This document shows, piece by piece, positions 47,692-56,800 of a stretch of DNA of 64,000 nt. Source of the DNA: Promethearchaeota archaeon (GTDB lineage Archaea; Asgardarchaeota; Hermodarchaeia; Hermodarchaeales; Hermodarchaeaceae); the NCBI GenBank assembly GCA_048939245.1, contig JBHLPR010000002.1, positions 1 to 64,000 on the forward strand. Reading direction: 5' to 3'. The notes beneath the pieces were generated by a model. That model saw nothing but the letters and a program-made list of their open reading frames with translations. It had not been told where the DNA came from and did no database searches. The number at the start of each line of letters is the position of its first letter. Within the stretch, counting starts at the first letter, position 1. Made by a program: the position numbers and the translations under genes.

Positions 47692-48648
47692 TTAGCTATC
47701 TTCTTGGAAGATTCCTGCTTTTTCGAGTAAGTCAATAATAAACTGGTTGGTCTCGGTTGGCACTCGAAGAAGGGATCGATGAAGGCTTGTACAATATTGA
47801 TGCAGTTCGTCGAACTGATTTAGGAAGGTATGCTTTGGCGGAAGATTTCCGACGAGTAAGTCAAGTTCTCGTATTCGACTTCGAGTATAGTCTATCAAAT
47901 TTTGGAGACCGGTCCAGGATAGATGATTAGTGTGTCCTAAGGTGATAATTGCCCGTGCCATATCAATCAATAGGAAAGAAAGGGACCAAGGCGACTCTGC
48001 TATTTCAGGATAGGCTGATAAGGCTAATTCATATAGAAGGGTCGTATGCTGGTACATTACACCGGTGGCGTATCCATGGTCAATCAATAGTTGATCGGCA
48101 ATATACGTGCGGAGGCGAAAAATGGCTTCCAGCGTCAAAGAGAAAATCGTAGGGTCTGCATCATCCACGTCATGAGGGATTTGAGGATTGAGTGCATACA
48201 TTGGGGAGAGGTGAATTGGGTGACATTCTAGATACTGTGGCAACACCATTTCAGGAGTATTGGCTGGCATATAATACGGGTAGTCTTCGACCGTGTGAAC
48301 GTAATGTTGGGCAAATCCTACAGGGATAAGATAATCGATATCATGACGACTGGGGGGTCGTAAGGGATCGGCGACTAAGACGCAGGTATCACGATTAGAC
48401 CATAATGGCATCCATGCCATGTGTGGCCATAAGGGGTCTTCCTCATCATCGAATGGCATTAAAATAATTCGGGCTCGCATATCACTGCAGAATGCATCCT
48501 GAACTTTTTTAATGGCAGACCGATATTGCAGCGTTACCTCCCGGTAACCTGTAGTCATCAGCATTTGGTCCAGAGCCTCATCCCGAAGGCCATAACCTTC
48601 ACTGAGCCCTTCCAGAGGTAAAAGGGTACTTGGTTCCATCGTAATCAA
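47692..48648 (-). CDS. Hypothetical protein
   Basis: 318-aa ORF with normal composition and no recognised family motif. Confidence 0.65.
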   Translation of the reverse strand: MITMEPSTLLPLEGLSEGYGLRDEALDQMLMTTGYREVTLQYRSAIKKVQDAFCSDMRARIILMPFDDEEDPLWPHMAWMPLWSNRDTCVLVADPLRPPSRHDIDYLIPVGFAQHYVHTVEDYPYYMPANTPEMVLPQYLECHPIHLSPMYALNPQIPHDVDDADPTIFSLTLEAIFRLRTYIADQLLIDHGYATGVMYQHTTLLYELALSAYPEIAESPWSLSFLLIDMARAIITLGHTNHLSWTGLQNLIDYTRSRIRELDLLVGNLPPKHTFLNQFDELHQYCTSLHRSLLRVPTETNQFIIDLLEKAGIFQEDS

Positions 48649-48717
48649 TGACGGGCAGAATTTGGTTTTTTTAAATAGCTTACGGAGGCTGAATGAGAAC
48701 TAAAATACTGGATTGTC

Positions 48718-50016
48718 TCATTCCCACTCTTTTAGAATGAGAGATGTTTCCATATCAATGACGCCTTTCAGTTCTTCGATTTTTTGCAGTGTTTTTACGC
48801 GTGTGCTACTCAAGGTTCGAATTTCGATACGTATTAGATAATCCCATTGCCCTGAAATCGCTGAAACCTGGCGAACACCATGGATTCGTCGGAGCTCGCT
48901 CATAATGTCTCCGGTTCCATGTCTTAGTTTTACGAATACATATCCGCGTAAGGTTGCAGTTGACAAAGCCATGATTCCTGCACTGACAAATATTGTGCCA
49001 GTTATTTTTAGCATCCAGGATAAGAAATCAGTGGCCGGGGGATTAAAGATGCTGGGAAACAGAAAGGCACCCAACAAGGTTAAAGGAATTCCGAGGATGA
49101 TCGCCACGGACCCAATGCTTTGGACAACTGACATTTTTCCCCGTCCTAAAGCCTGCAAATACGCGACCAATGAGAAGAAGGTGAGACTAACGGGTAAAAG
49201 AAGCCAACTCCAGACCAATGGGAGGAGGAGGATGAGTGATGCGATTACATCCGGAGTGATGAATGGAATCATGAAAAGAGTCATGATGAGGTTGAGAAAA
49301 AGAAGGATCCACAACCGAAGATTCAGGGAATCTGTGGTTGTTTTATGGCGAATCTCTGTACGTTTTGCCCGGCTTTGAAAGAAGATACTAAATGCAATTC
49401 CACCTGCCCATACGGTGATTACAAAGAGTAGTAGAGTTGGGCTAAAGACACCCACTGGCGTTATTCCAATTAAGATGACACCGAAAGTTATCGCGAGGAT
49501 TGATAGGATTTCAATAGAGCTGGGCCAATCGCGAATAAGGATGAGGTCTCCAATCATTAAGTAGATCAGTGAAAGTCGAGAGAATGGGATGACAGCTGAG
49601 ACGTCGCTACTTTGACCTGCAACGTAGTAATAAGCAAAGGTAGAGACCCCTGCAAAGACACCTGCTAGAATAATGTCTCTTACGATTTTCCGGGAGGGCA
49701 AGGTTACATGAGAGAAGGATGAATCGATTTGTGTTCCTAGGCTTCGACGACGAGCTCTGTTTGTGGGGATGCTAAGAAGAAGGAGCAAGACGACGGTGAA
49801 AAGCAGGGCCAACCATTGTTCAGCAAGTGCGAAAGCCACTGAAGAATAAAGGTCTGAAAGGAAGGGAAAGAAGAATAAACGATAGATGAAGACATCAAAA
49901 AATACAGAGAATGCATACAATACTCCGGAGATGAGGGAAAGGAAGTAAAAGATCGTCTTTGCTTGTCGAGCTCCCAAGCGTCGCTCCATTGCTGCTCGCA
50001 CTAATATCCTCTCCAC
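48718..50016 (-). CDS. EamA/DMT-like transporter fused to C-terminal Lrp/AsnC ligand-binding (RAM) domain
   Basis: About 10 TM with DMT-like duplicated halves; C-terminal GYVFVK...ISGQWDYLIRIE...GVIDMETSLIL RAM motif. Confidence 0.8.
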   Translation of the reverse strand: MERILVRAAMERRLGARQAKTIFYFLSLISGVLYAFSVFFDVFIYRLFFFPFLSDLYSSVAFALAEQWLALLFTVVLLLLLSIPTNRARRRSLGTQIDSSFSHVTLPSRKIVRDIILAGVFAGVSTFAYYYVAGQSSDVSAVIPFSRLSLIYLMIGDLILIRDWPSSIEILSILAITFGVILIGITPVGVFSPTLLLFVITVWAGGIAFSIFFQSRAKRTEIRHKTTTDSLNLRLWILLFLNLIMTLFMIPFITPDVIASLILLLPLVWSWLLLPVSLTFFSLVAYLQALGRGKMSVVQSIGSVAIILGIPLTLLGAFLFPSIFNPPATDFLSWMLKITGTIFVSAGIMALSTATLRGYVFVKLRHGTGDIMSELRRIHGVRQVSAISGQWDYLIRIEIRTLSSTRVKTLQKIEELKGVIDMETSLILKEWE

Positions 50017-50037
50017 GTCATCCGTCAGGTTTCGTTT

Positions 50038-50277
50038 CTAGAATTCTTTTTCAACAACAGCCGTTGTCATGGTTTCTAAACCTTGAATTTTCCCGATATG
50101 ATTCACGGTGAGATCATAGAGTGCTTCTAAATTCTGTAAATCGAATCGGGCGATGATATCAAATTCTCCTGTTGTTACAGAAATACTGGTTGCTTCTTGA
50201 AGCTCCCGAAGCGCTTCAAGGACGTTTTGGATATGCCCCATGAATACTTTTATCATGATGAACACGGATACAGCCAC
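50038..50277 (-). CDS. Stand-alone Lrp/AsnC ligand-binding (RAM) domain protein
   Basis: VFIMIKV...VTTGEFDIIARF...IQGLETMTTAVV; no HTH. Confidence 0.9.
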   Translation of the reverse strand: MAVSVFIMIKVFMGHIQNVLEALRELQEATSISVTTGEFDIIARFDLQNLEALYDLTVNHIGKIQGLETMTTAVVEKEF

Positions 50278-50553
50278 AGTTTTCTACCTCTGACTTTGTG
50301 TTTGTTGCCTTCACCTAACTAACTGCGATTAAAGGTTTTCTTCTTGAATGCGAACTCAAAGTTCCCTAAAGGAATAAAAACACATGATTTCTCTTAACCT
50401 AGTATTATCTACGTAATCCCCGAAGAATTCCTCCTAATAACACACAAGGTACTGTTTCGGTTGTTACCGTTATTTGACCGTCTGGGGTTTACCCTTGGAG
50501 TTTATCTATTGAATCTATGAACTTCTGGTCAAATAATGGCATCTATCTCCTCG

Positions 50554-50862
50554 TTAGACGCTCAGAAGACGCTCTGTAAGTGTCTCCATTTCCAAACAGG
50601 CTGAAATGAAATCATCAAGGGCATGACGTTCACTCCCTACGCAATGTTGCACTCTGATTCGTGCTGAATGAATTGCTAAAAGCAGCGATTCTCGGAGCGC
50701 CATTTCAACCGGCATACCTGCAGAAATATGTTGAGGGATTTGCTCGATCATTACCTTTGTTAAGTGTAATGCAGGCCCTCTCGCTTGGAGGGCAACATGT
50801 CGAATAACAGAATTAATTAGCCAATGATTTTTCGTCATACCATTTGTGCTCCTGTTTCTCAT
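50554..50862 (-). CDS. Hypothetical helical protein
   Basis: 102-aa ORF co-oriented with the downstream genes; no motif. Confidence 0.45.
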   Translation of the reverse strand: MRNRSTNGMTKNHWLINSVIRHVALQARGPALHLTKVMIEQIPQHISAGMPVEMALRESLLLAIHSARIRVQHCVGSERHALDDFISACLEMETLTERLLSV

Positions 50863-51309
50863 CTTTATAGAAGAAACTACATAAACATCACAAAGGGTGT
50901 TTCTGTTTTTTCTTGGGCAAATTGAATAAATGGAGTGTTCAGCATTTTGACAGACGTTCTGAACCTCTTTGCTACATGAACTAAATCATAGGACCTAACA
51001 TTCACTTTGAGTAACGAAAACGGTTGTTTCCCGGTGGCTCTTCCTTTGAACTAGATTTTCTATTTCCAAAGTGGGGTTCTGCTAGAGTGTTCAGTCCTAA
51101 CTCTATTTCACTGAACAGCCTTACATCACAGTTCTTCTGTGTCAGATTTTCTTTAATGCTACACTAATACCGAAACTACCATCAATCACTAGCTTCTGAC
51201 CTGTTACATTTTCCAAGCGATCCCCTTCGCTTCTAATACATTGTCCAATCTTTACACCAACTGTTTGCGCCGTTGGAGCCAGGAATAGGAATCCTTAAAA
51301 ATTCTTCAA

Positions 51310-52137
51310 ATGCCGCCCGCACTCGTCATGACTCAAAATGCAGCAGATGCGCCTAGTGAAGAATCGATAAGTGATATCCAAGGAATTCTCCACCAGCACA
51401 ACTTTGTGTCCTTGCCGACAAGAGCAGATGGCACCCAACTAGCGATTCGCAATTATGATAAACAAGGGCTGGTTCGCTGTGATCTCCTTGTTTTTAGGGA
51501 AATCAATGAGGCGAGTAAAGCGCTCCGTAAAGAGGCTACTCAGCTCATTCAAGCCCTCTCAGAACTACAAAGTGACCTTCCTGATAATCCCCAATATCTC
51601 AATTCCACCTTTCAAAGTCATGCTATCCGACTCTGCGGTAAAAAGGCGCAGGTTCTCACTGATCAAGTTGGACAACCTCTCTATTGTCAAATTATTCCCT
51701 TACTTCTCTATCCGCCCGGGGTTTACCTTCCTTCAATCCGTGAACGCGCAACCGCCTATCCTGCTCAAGTTCTTCCTCTGAATCAAATGAATGCATATTT
51801 GAATCAGAATTTGTCCCCTCAACGGTGTCAAATAAAAACACCACATAAAAGAATTCAATACCTTCGAAAATCGTTTCGAATGCTTGGCCTCTCTTTTCTC
51901 TTCCTACCGCTTCTAATCGGACTCACAGGAATCTTTTTAGCCCTGACACTATTGCTACCCGCTCTATTCGCGATTCTTCTATGTATCCTCGGATTCGTCC
52001 TCCTCTTTCGAAAAGCCCTTAGCTCTTTCAACAAGTTCCGGCTTCACACGGTAATTCCCATTCTCACGACCAAACCAGTCTCTGCGCATCTTAGAGCATC
52101 AAAAATCCAAATCGGGAATCCCCCCCAAGAGAGGTGA
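51310..52137 (+). CDS. Hypothetical protein with two C-terminal TM helices
   Basis: Soluble alpha/beta N-domain then a hydrophobic hairpin; first gene of the operon. Confidence 0.65.
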   Translation: MPPALVMTQNAADAPSEESISDIQGILHQHNFVSLPTRADGTQLAIRNYDKQGLVRCDLLVFREINEASKALRKEATQLIQALSELQSDLPDNPQYLNSTFQSHAIRLCGKKAQVLTDQVGQPLYCQIIPLLLYPPGVYLPSIRERATAYPAQVLPLNQMNAYLNQNLSPQRCQIKTPHKRIQYLRKSFRMLGLSFLFLPLLIGLTGIFLALTLLLPALFAILLCILGFVLLFRKALSSFNKFRLHTVIPILTTKPVSAHLRASKIQIGNPPQER

Positions 52138-52141
52138 ATCA

Positions 52142-52969
52142 ATGCAGCTAACCTCCGATCTATTTGTATTAGGGTTGCTTGTTGAAGCGATAATTTACAT
52201 CCCTCTTTTTCTCATCGCTAGTCTGTTCATAATGAAACTCATTAACTTGCTTAGCAGACGAGTAGGAACGATTATCCGATACTTGGCTTTTCCAGGTGTT
52301 GTCTTACATGAAGTCTGTCATGATCTCTTTTGTCGAGTCACTGGCATTCCTATCATCGAACATCGTATCTTCTTAGGTAAGCATGAAGGGGTGGCTGGGG
52401 GTGTAATCATGGATGCGACAAAAATACGAACATTTACAAGCAGTTTCTTAGTGGCATTTGCTCCCTTCTTCATCCTTGCCTTCGCTTTGTATCTCCTTGT
52501 CGCTTTTTGGCAGCTTCTCCCGATGCATCACGGGCTAGCCTTATACTTGGCATTCTGTTTTTTCATTGGGTTATCTCCCAGCCGAGCGGATGTGCAACTC
52601 ATTGTCTCTGTAGCACAAGAACGCCCTGGCCAGACCCTCCTCGAAATTGGGCTGCTAACCATTCCCGTTATTGCAGCTATTGGTTACCTGAGGTTTTGTT
52701 CGGCAGCTAGTCTTCCGTTTTCATTCGGCGTTTTTATAGGTCTTATCTTGGTTGGGGCAATTTTCGCCTTGCTTCTCTGGCAGCTCCTTAGTCCTCATCG
52801 AAAGGTTCGTGTCATCAAGGAGCAAGAACCAAGGCGAAAAATCCGGGACGCGTCAGATCTGCTCACTGTAGAAGCTACCTATTATCTCACCGATCTTGGA
52901 TTAGGGCGCAAAGACGGTTTTGGCCACCTTACTGACAATTCAACCACAAATCAAGGGGCAGAAGAGTGA
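52142..52969 (+). CDS. Membrane zinc metalloprotease-like protein (HExxH, M50/DUF3267-like)
   Basis: FPGVVLHEVCHDLFC, LVAFAP and SPSRAD motifs; multiple TM; GAGGTGA SD. Confidence 0.8.
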   Translation: MQLTSDLFVLGLLVEAIIYIPLFLIASLFIMKLINLLSRRVGTIIRYLAFPGVVLHEVCHDLFCRVTGIPIIEHRIFLGKHEGVAGGVIMDATKIRTFTSSFLVAFAPFFILAFALYLLVAFWQLLPMHHGLALYLAFCFFIGLSPSRADVQLIVSVAQERPGQTLLEIGLLTIPVIAAIGYLRFCSAASLPFSFGVFIGLILVGAIFALLLWQLLSPHRKVRVIKEQEPRRKIRDASDLLTVEATYYLTDLGLGRKDGFGHLTDNSTTNQGAEE

Positions 52970-53799
52970 ATCCAATCATTGGAAGAAAACAGAAGAGATT
53001 CCTGTCATGCCTATTCTTCCTCATCCTTCTTTGCTTGATAACGCATCTCTCCTTTGGTGGATTCCTATCCGCTCAACCGACCTCACGACAACCAGGGCTA
53101 AGTCAAATGCGACGCTATTTTCTCAGCGTGACCACTCGATACAATAACCTCACCAACTCCTATTTTGGAACACAAGAACTAATTCTGAATACCTCCAGTT
53201 TCCGAACCTATAACGGATACATTACATGGAATCTAAGCTGGGATAATGGAAACACATGGGCCCACGATTCAGCATGGATTACTTACGCTCGGAATCGCAG
53301 TTACCAGTTTGCAGGGCATTCTCTTTACACCGGCTGGTGGATTCCCCCTGCCCTCCAAATTGGAGCCCAAATCCGTATCGATGGTGACACTCCAGCTACC
53401 AATACCCTCCTGCGCACTGCCCCCTTTATCGTGACCGACCTTGTCTCGATTCCTCTCAACGACGCATATTATCTTTGTTGGCAACTTTCCTACAGCTCGG
53501 ATTCACCTCAATCTGAAACCTACTATTATGAATACCACACCGGTGTCCTTGTTCATGCACGCTCTCAATTATGGTCAGCTAACCTTCCTATTCACGAAGT
53601 TGAAATTTCACTTCTATCCTCTTGGCCAGATCTTCCAACAATCTCCGTTCTATTTCATTATTGGTTCAATTATCACACCTTGGTTTTGGCTCTAATCGGC
53701 GCCAGCCTAACAACGGTCTTTGTCTATTATCTACTCCAACACTTCGTTCCGCCTCCCTGTAAGGTTGACAAGATGATGGAAATCCGGCAAAATGCTTAA
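52966..53799 (+). CDS. Secreted beta-rich protein with C-terminal membrane anchor
   Basis: Signal-like N-terminus; CWQL...YYEYHTGVLV beta-meander; C-terminal TM; GTGA overlap with the previous gene. Confidence 0.7.
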   Translation: MNPIIGRKQKRFLSCLFFLILLCLITHLSFGGFLSAQPTSRQPGLSQMRRYFLSVTTRYNNLTNSYFGTQELILNTSSFRTYNGYITWNLSWDNGNTWAHDSAWITYARNRSYQFAGHSLYTGWWIPPALQIGAQIRIDGDTPATNTLLRTAPFIVTDLVSIPLNDAYYLCWQLSYSSDSPQSETYYYEYHTGVLVHARSQLWSANLPIHEVEISLLSSWPDLPTISVLFHYWFNYHTLVLALIGASLTTVFVYYLLQHFVPPPCKVDKMMEIRQNA

Positions 53800-53850
53800 A
53801 AAGAAACCAAAAACCCCGCTCCGCCATCCATCTCATGGGACGCAACACGA

Positions 53851-56800
53851 ATGCCAGAAAACCTGAAACACGTCAGCGCATTCATCACCTACTGCCTTTT
53901 CCTTGCACCCATACTGGCTGGTTTGCTCATAACACCTACACAACTCCCAATCGTAGCTACTCTGGATACAGCTTCTCCTAGTTCGCCTACTATCCCAATC
54001 GAATTTCCTGCTTTGGACTCTCAGTCATCGAACGATATCAAAAAATACCATAACTCAATAATCAGCGAGGGTCCTGCTCCTAAAGAGTTCCTCCCTGTAT
54101 TCTCTTTAGGTAATCTGCTCTTACTGTTCGGTAACTTTGTCAATGAATCCAGCCAAGAACCCGTTGAAGCCTGGGAAACGCTTTTTCACAATCTTGGATT
54201 TGACACTACCACACAGCATCTTGATAATTTCTCTCAATCTCCTGACTTTGATTTAATCGTAGTCACCCCCAGCGTGGGAACCAGCAACAACTCGTTTGGT
54301 GTAACCTTAACGCAAGCTCAACTGCTCGGGAATTGTACACAACCCATTCTTCTACTCGGTTATGGCCACGAAGTTTTAGATCAACTCCACGGATTTAACC
54401 CCTTCACAGATTTCATTCCAAGCGTTGAAAGGTACCTTTGGTCACCCGATAAAACGCTGCAGATATTTACCCTTCCTCATCTTATCCCAATCATCAGCGG
54501 GCGATTTGGCATCTACTCAGAGCACATTAGCTATGATGCCTATCGCCAATCAGCTCTCCCTTCCAAAACCGCAATCTTAGGTACCAACTATGCCGGATCA
54601 GGGTCTCAACTACTCTGGTTTCGCGACTACCCCTACAATTCACATATCTACTATTGGGGAATAAACCGAGCCGAAAACCTAAACTCGGATGGCTGGCAAT
54701 TCTGCGAAAATCTCCTTCATTGGCTAATCCGACCACCGATTCAACAACGGTTAGGCGCAACACTCGCCAAATGGCAATTAGTCTCAAATGACGATTATTG
54801 GGCTGTCCAAGGTGCAGGCGGGTTTGGCTATCCACTCGAACCCTCCCTTCGATTCTCTTACTATGTGATCAAAATCGTTGAAACCCATGGATTACCAGTC
54901 AACCTCTCCAGTTGGAAATCATGGCTCGGTCAAACATACAATTCAGATTTGGGCTGTTTCGAAGATTTAGCTAGTCCACAACTACACGACCGTTGCATTA
55001 CCACGGGAATGGCTGTTCTCATGGCAGAAGCCTTGGGAATTCTGACTTGGTTCAATCAAACCCGAATCCGTGATTATCTGCTCGCTTGCCAAGATACTAC
55101 TTCGGGTGGTTTTTTCACTGAATTAGGAAGTATACACACAAGCGTAATGGCAACACACTTTGCCATTGAAAGCCTAGCGGTTCTAAATCAACTTCCTTCA
55201 ATCAACACCTCCGCAGTTGTTGATTTTATAATCAATTGCCAGGAACTTAATCCCTTGAATTCGGAGTTTGGTGGGTTCTACAGTTCCGCTAGCGGAGGGT
55301 TAAGTGCCAGTCTCGTATACGCAACCGATGCGTTACTAACCCTTCAAACATTAGATGCTCTGAGTGCTATCAACCAATCGGCTCTCTTAGCATTCATTGC
55401 AATGTGCGAGGAACCCGTAGGAAGTGCTATCTTTGACACAAAATATACTATGGATACAGAGGAACGGGTTCTGGGAACTGCATGTGCCATTCAGCTTTTA
55501 GATATCCTTGGAGCGCTCAACCATTATGATACAAATTCCAGTCGCGCTTATATTTTAGATCAACAATATCCAAATGGCGGATGGGGACGTGGTGATTCAG
55601 CACATGACTACCATAACTCGCCTGACGAAACGGGACAAAGTGTTCGTGCGCTAGCTTTAACCGGAGGGCTAGGTCCAGCAGAAACCAATCTCACCAACTA
55701 TCTCCTTGATTGTTGCACACCTTGGGGTGGCGCTACTGAACCAGTCATTTTCGGAGATTTTTTGGTAAGTACCGACATTGTGTTGGCTCTGTGGCAAATC
55801 GAAGCTAGAGAACAGATGAACCTCTCTGCTTTTCTCTCTTACCTAGAAAGCTGTTGGTCCCCAACTCGTACTTCCTTTGTGGCTCATCAGCTTCCTGACA
55901 TCGTTGGAACTGATTCCGACTCGCCGTCTCCGGATCGCATCGTTTTAGAAGCTGGAACTTTTGGTCCACTCTACCATTATAGCTACAGTCAATTGATTAC
56001 CTCCCTGGGCCTTAGTGGTGAACCTTGGACTACTCGTAGCACACAGATTCGTTTAGAAATTGAAGCTTGTCAAACCACTGCGGTAGGCTATGCAGGGATG
56101 CTTGGCTTTCATCACCTCTACGTAGGACACGAGACTGATACTACCTTCCGCTTTGATACCACCTGTTGGAATTTAATGGCGCATCAAGCATTGGGAGGAC
56201 AACCAACTGACCTCGATAATGCCTCCGCGATTCTAACATACTTAGCAAGTTGCTTGCAAAGCAATACGACTCACCAATATTTCCATGATTCAATACATCT
56301 GGTTCCGCCTCCTGCACCCTGGCGAGAGGCGGAAGGTTATCTGACCGAAACCTGGTTAGGTCTCCAAGCATATGCCTATCTGGACCCTTCCCTCTCAGCA
56401 CTCGATGGCGACAAATTAGCAAACTATGCCATTAGTTTTCTCCAAGAAAATGCCTCAGTAATAACCACACATTATGCTACAGAGATTCTCTTCTTTTTAC
56501 TTGAAACCGGTCTTCAACCAGCAGCTCTCGACACAGTTGACTGGACTGTTATCAAGAGCAACCTTATTGACGCTTTTACCTTTGAAGGACATCTTATCGA
56601 TCCTTCACTCCCATCAGGAAAGTGGATACCTTTCCTAATCGTTTTGGGACTACAACTCGTTAATCGATTACAACTCCTCCCTCACCTCGATGTTAATCCA
56701 ATCCTCAGCTTCAACGGAATCACCTATCCCACAGGAATCCTCCTCCTTGGTGAAAATTTCACCATCTCTGCATCGGTGATCGAATCTCGTTGGGGACAAT

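Noticed and set aside
50280-51310. Replication origin in the long divergent gap
   Set aside because: Only isolated G-strings; no repeated ORB consensus and no cdc6/orc1 nearby.
51310-52137. Degenerate NERD/PD-(D/E)xK nuclease fold
   Set aside because: Only a loose C-terminal resemblance (IIPLLL...VLPLNQMNAYL); no catalytic motif.
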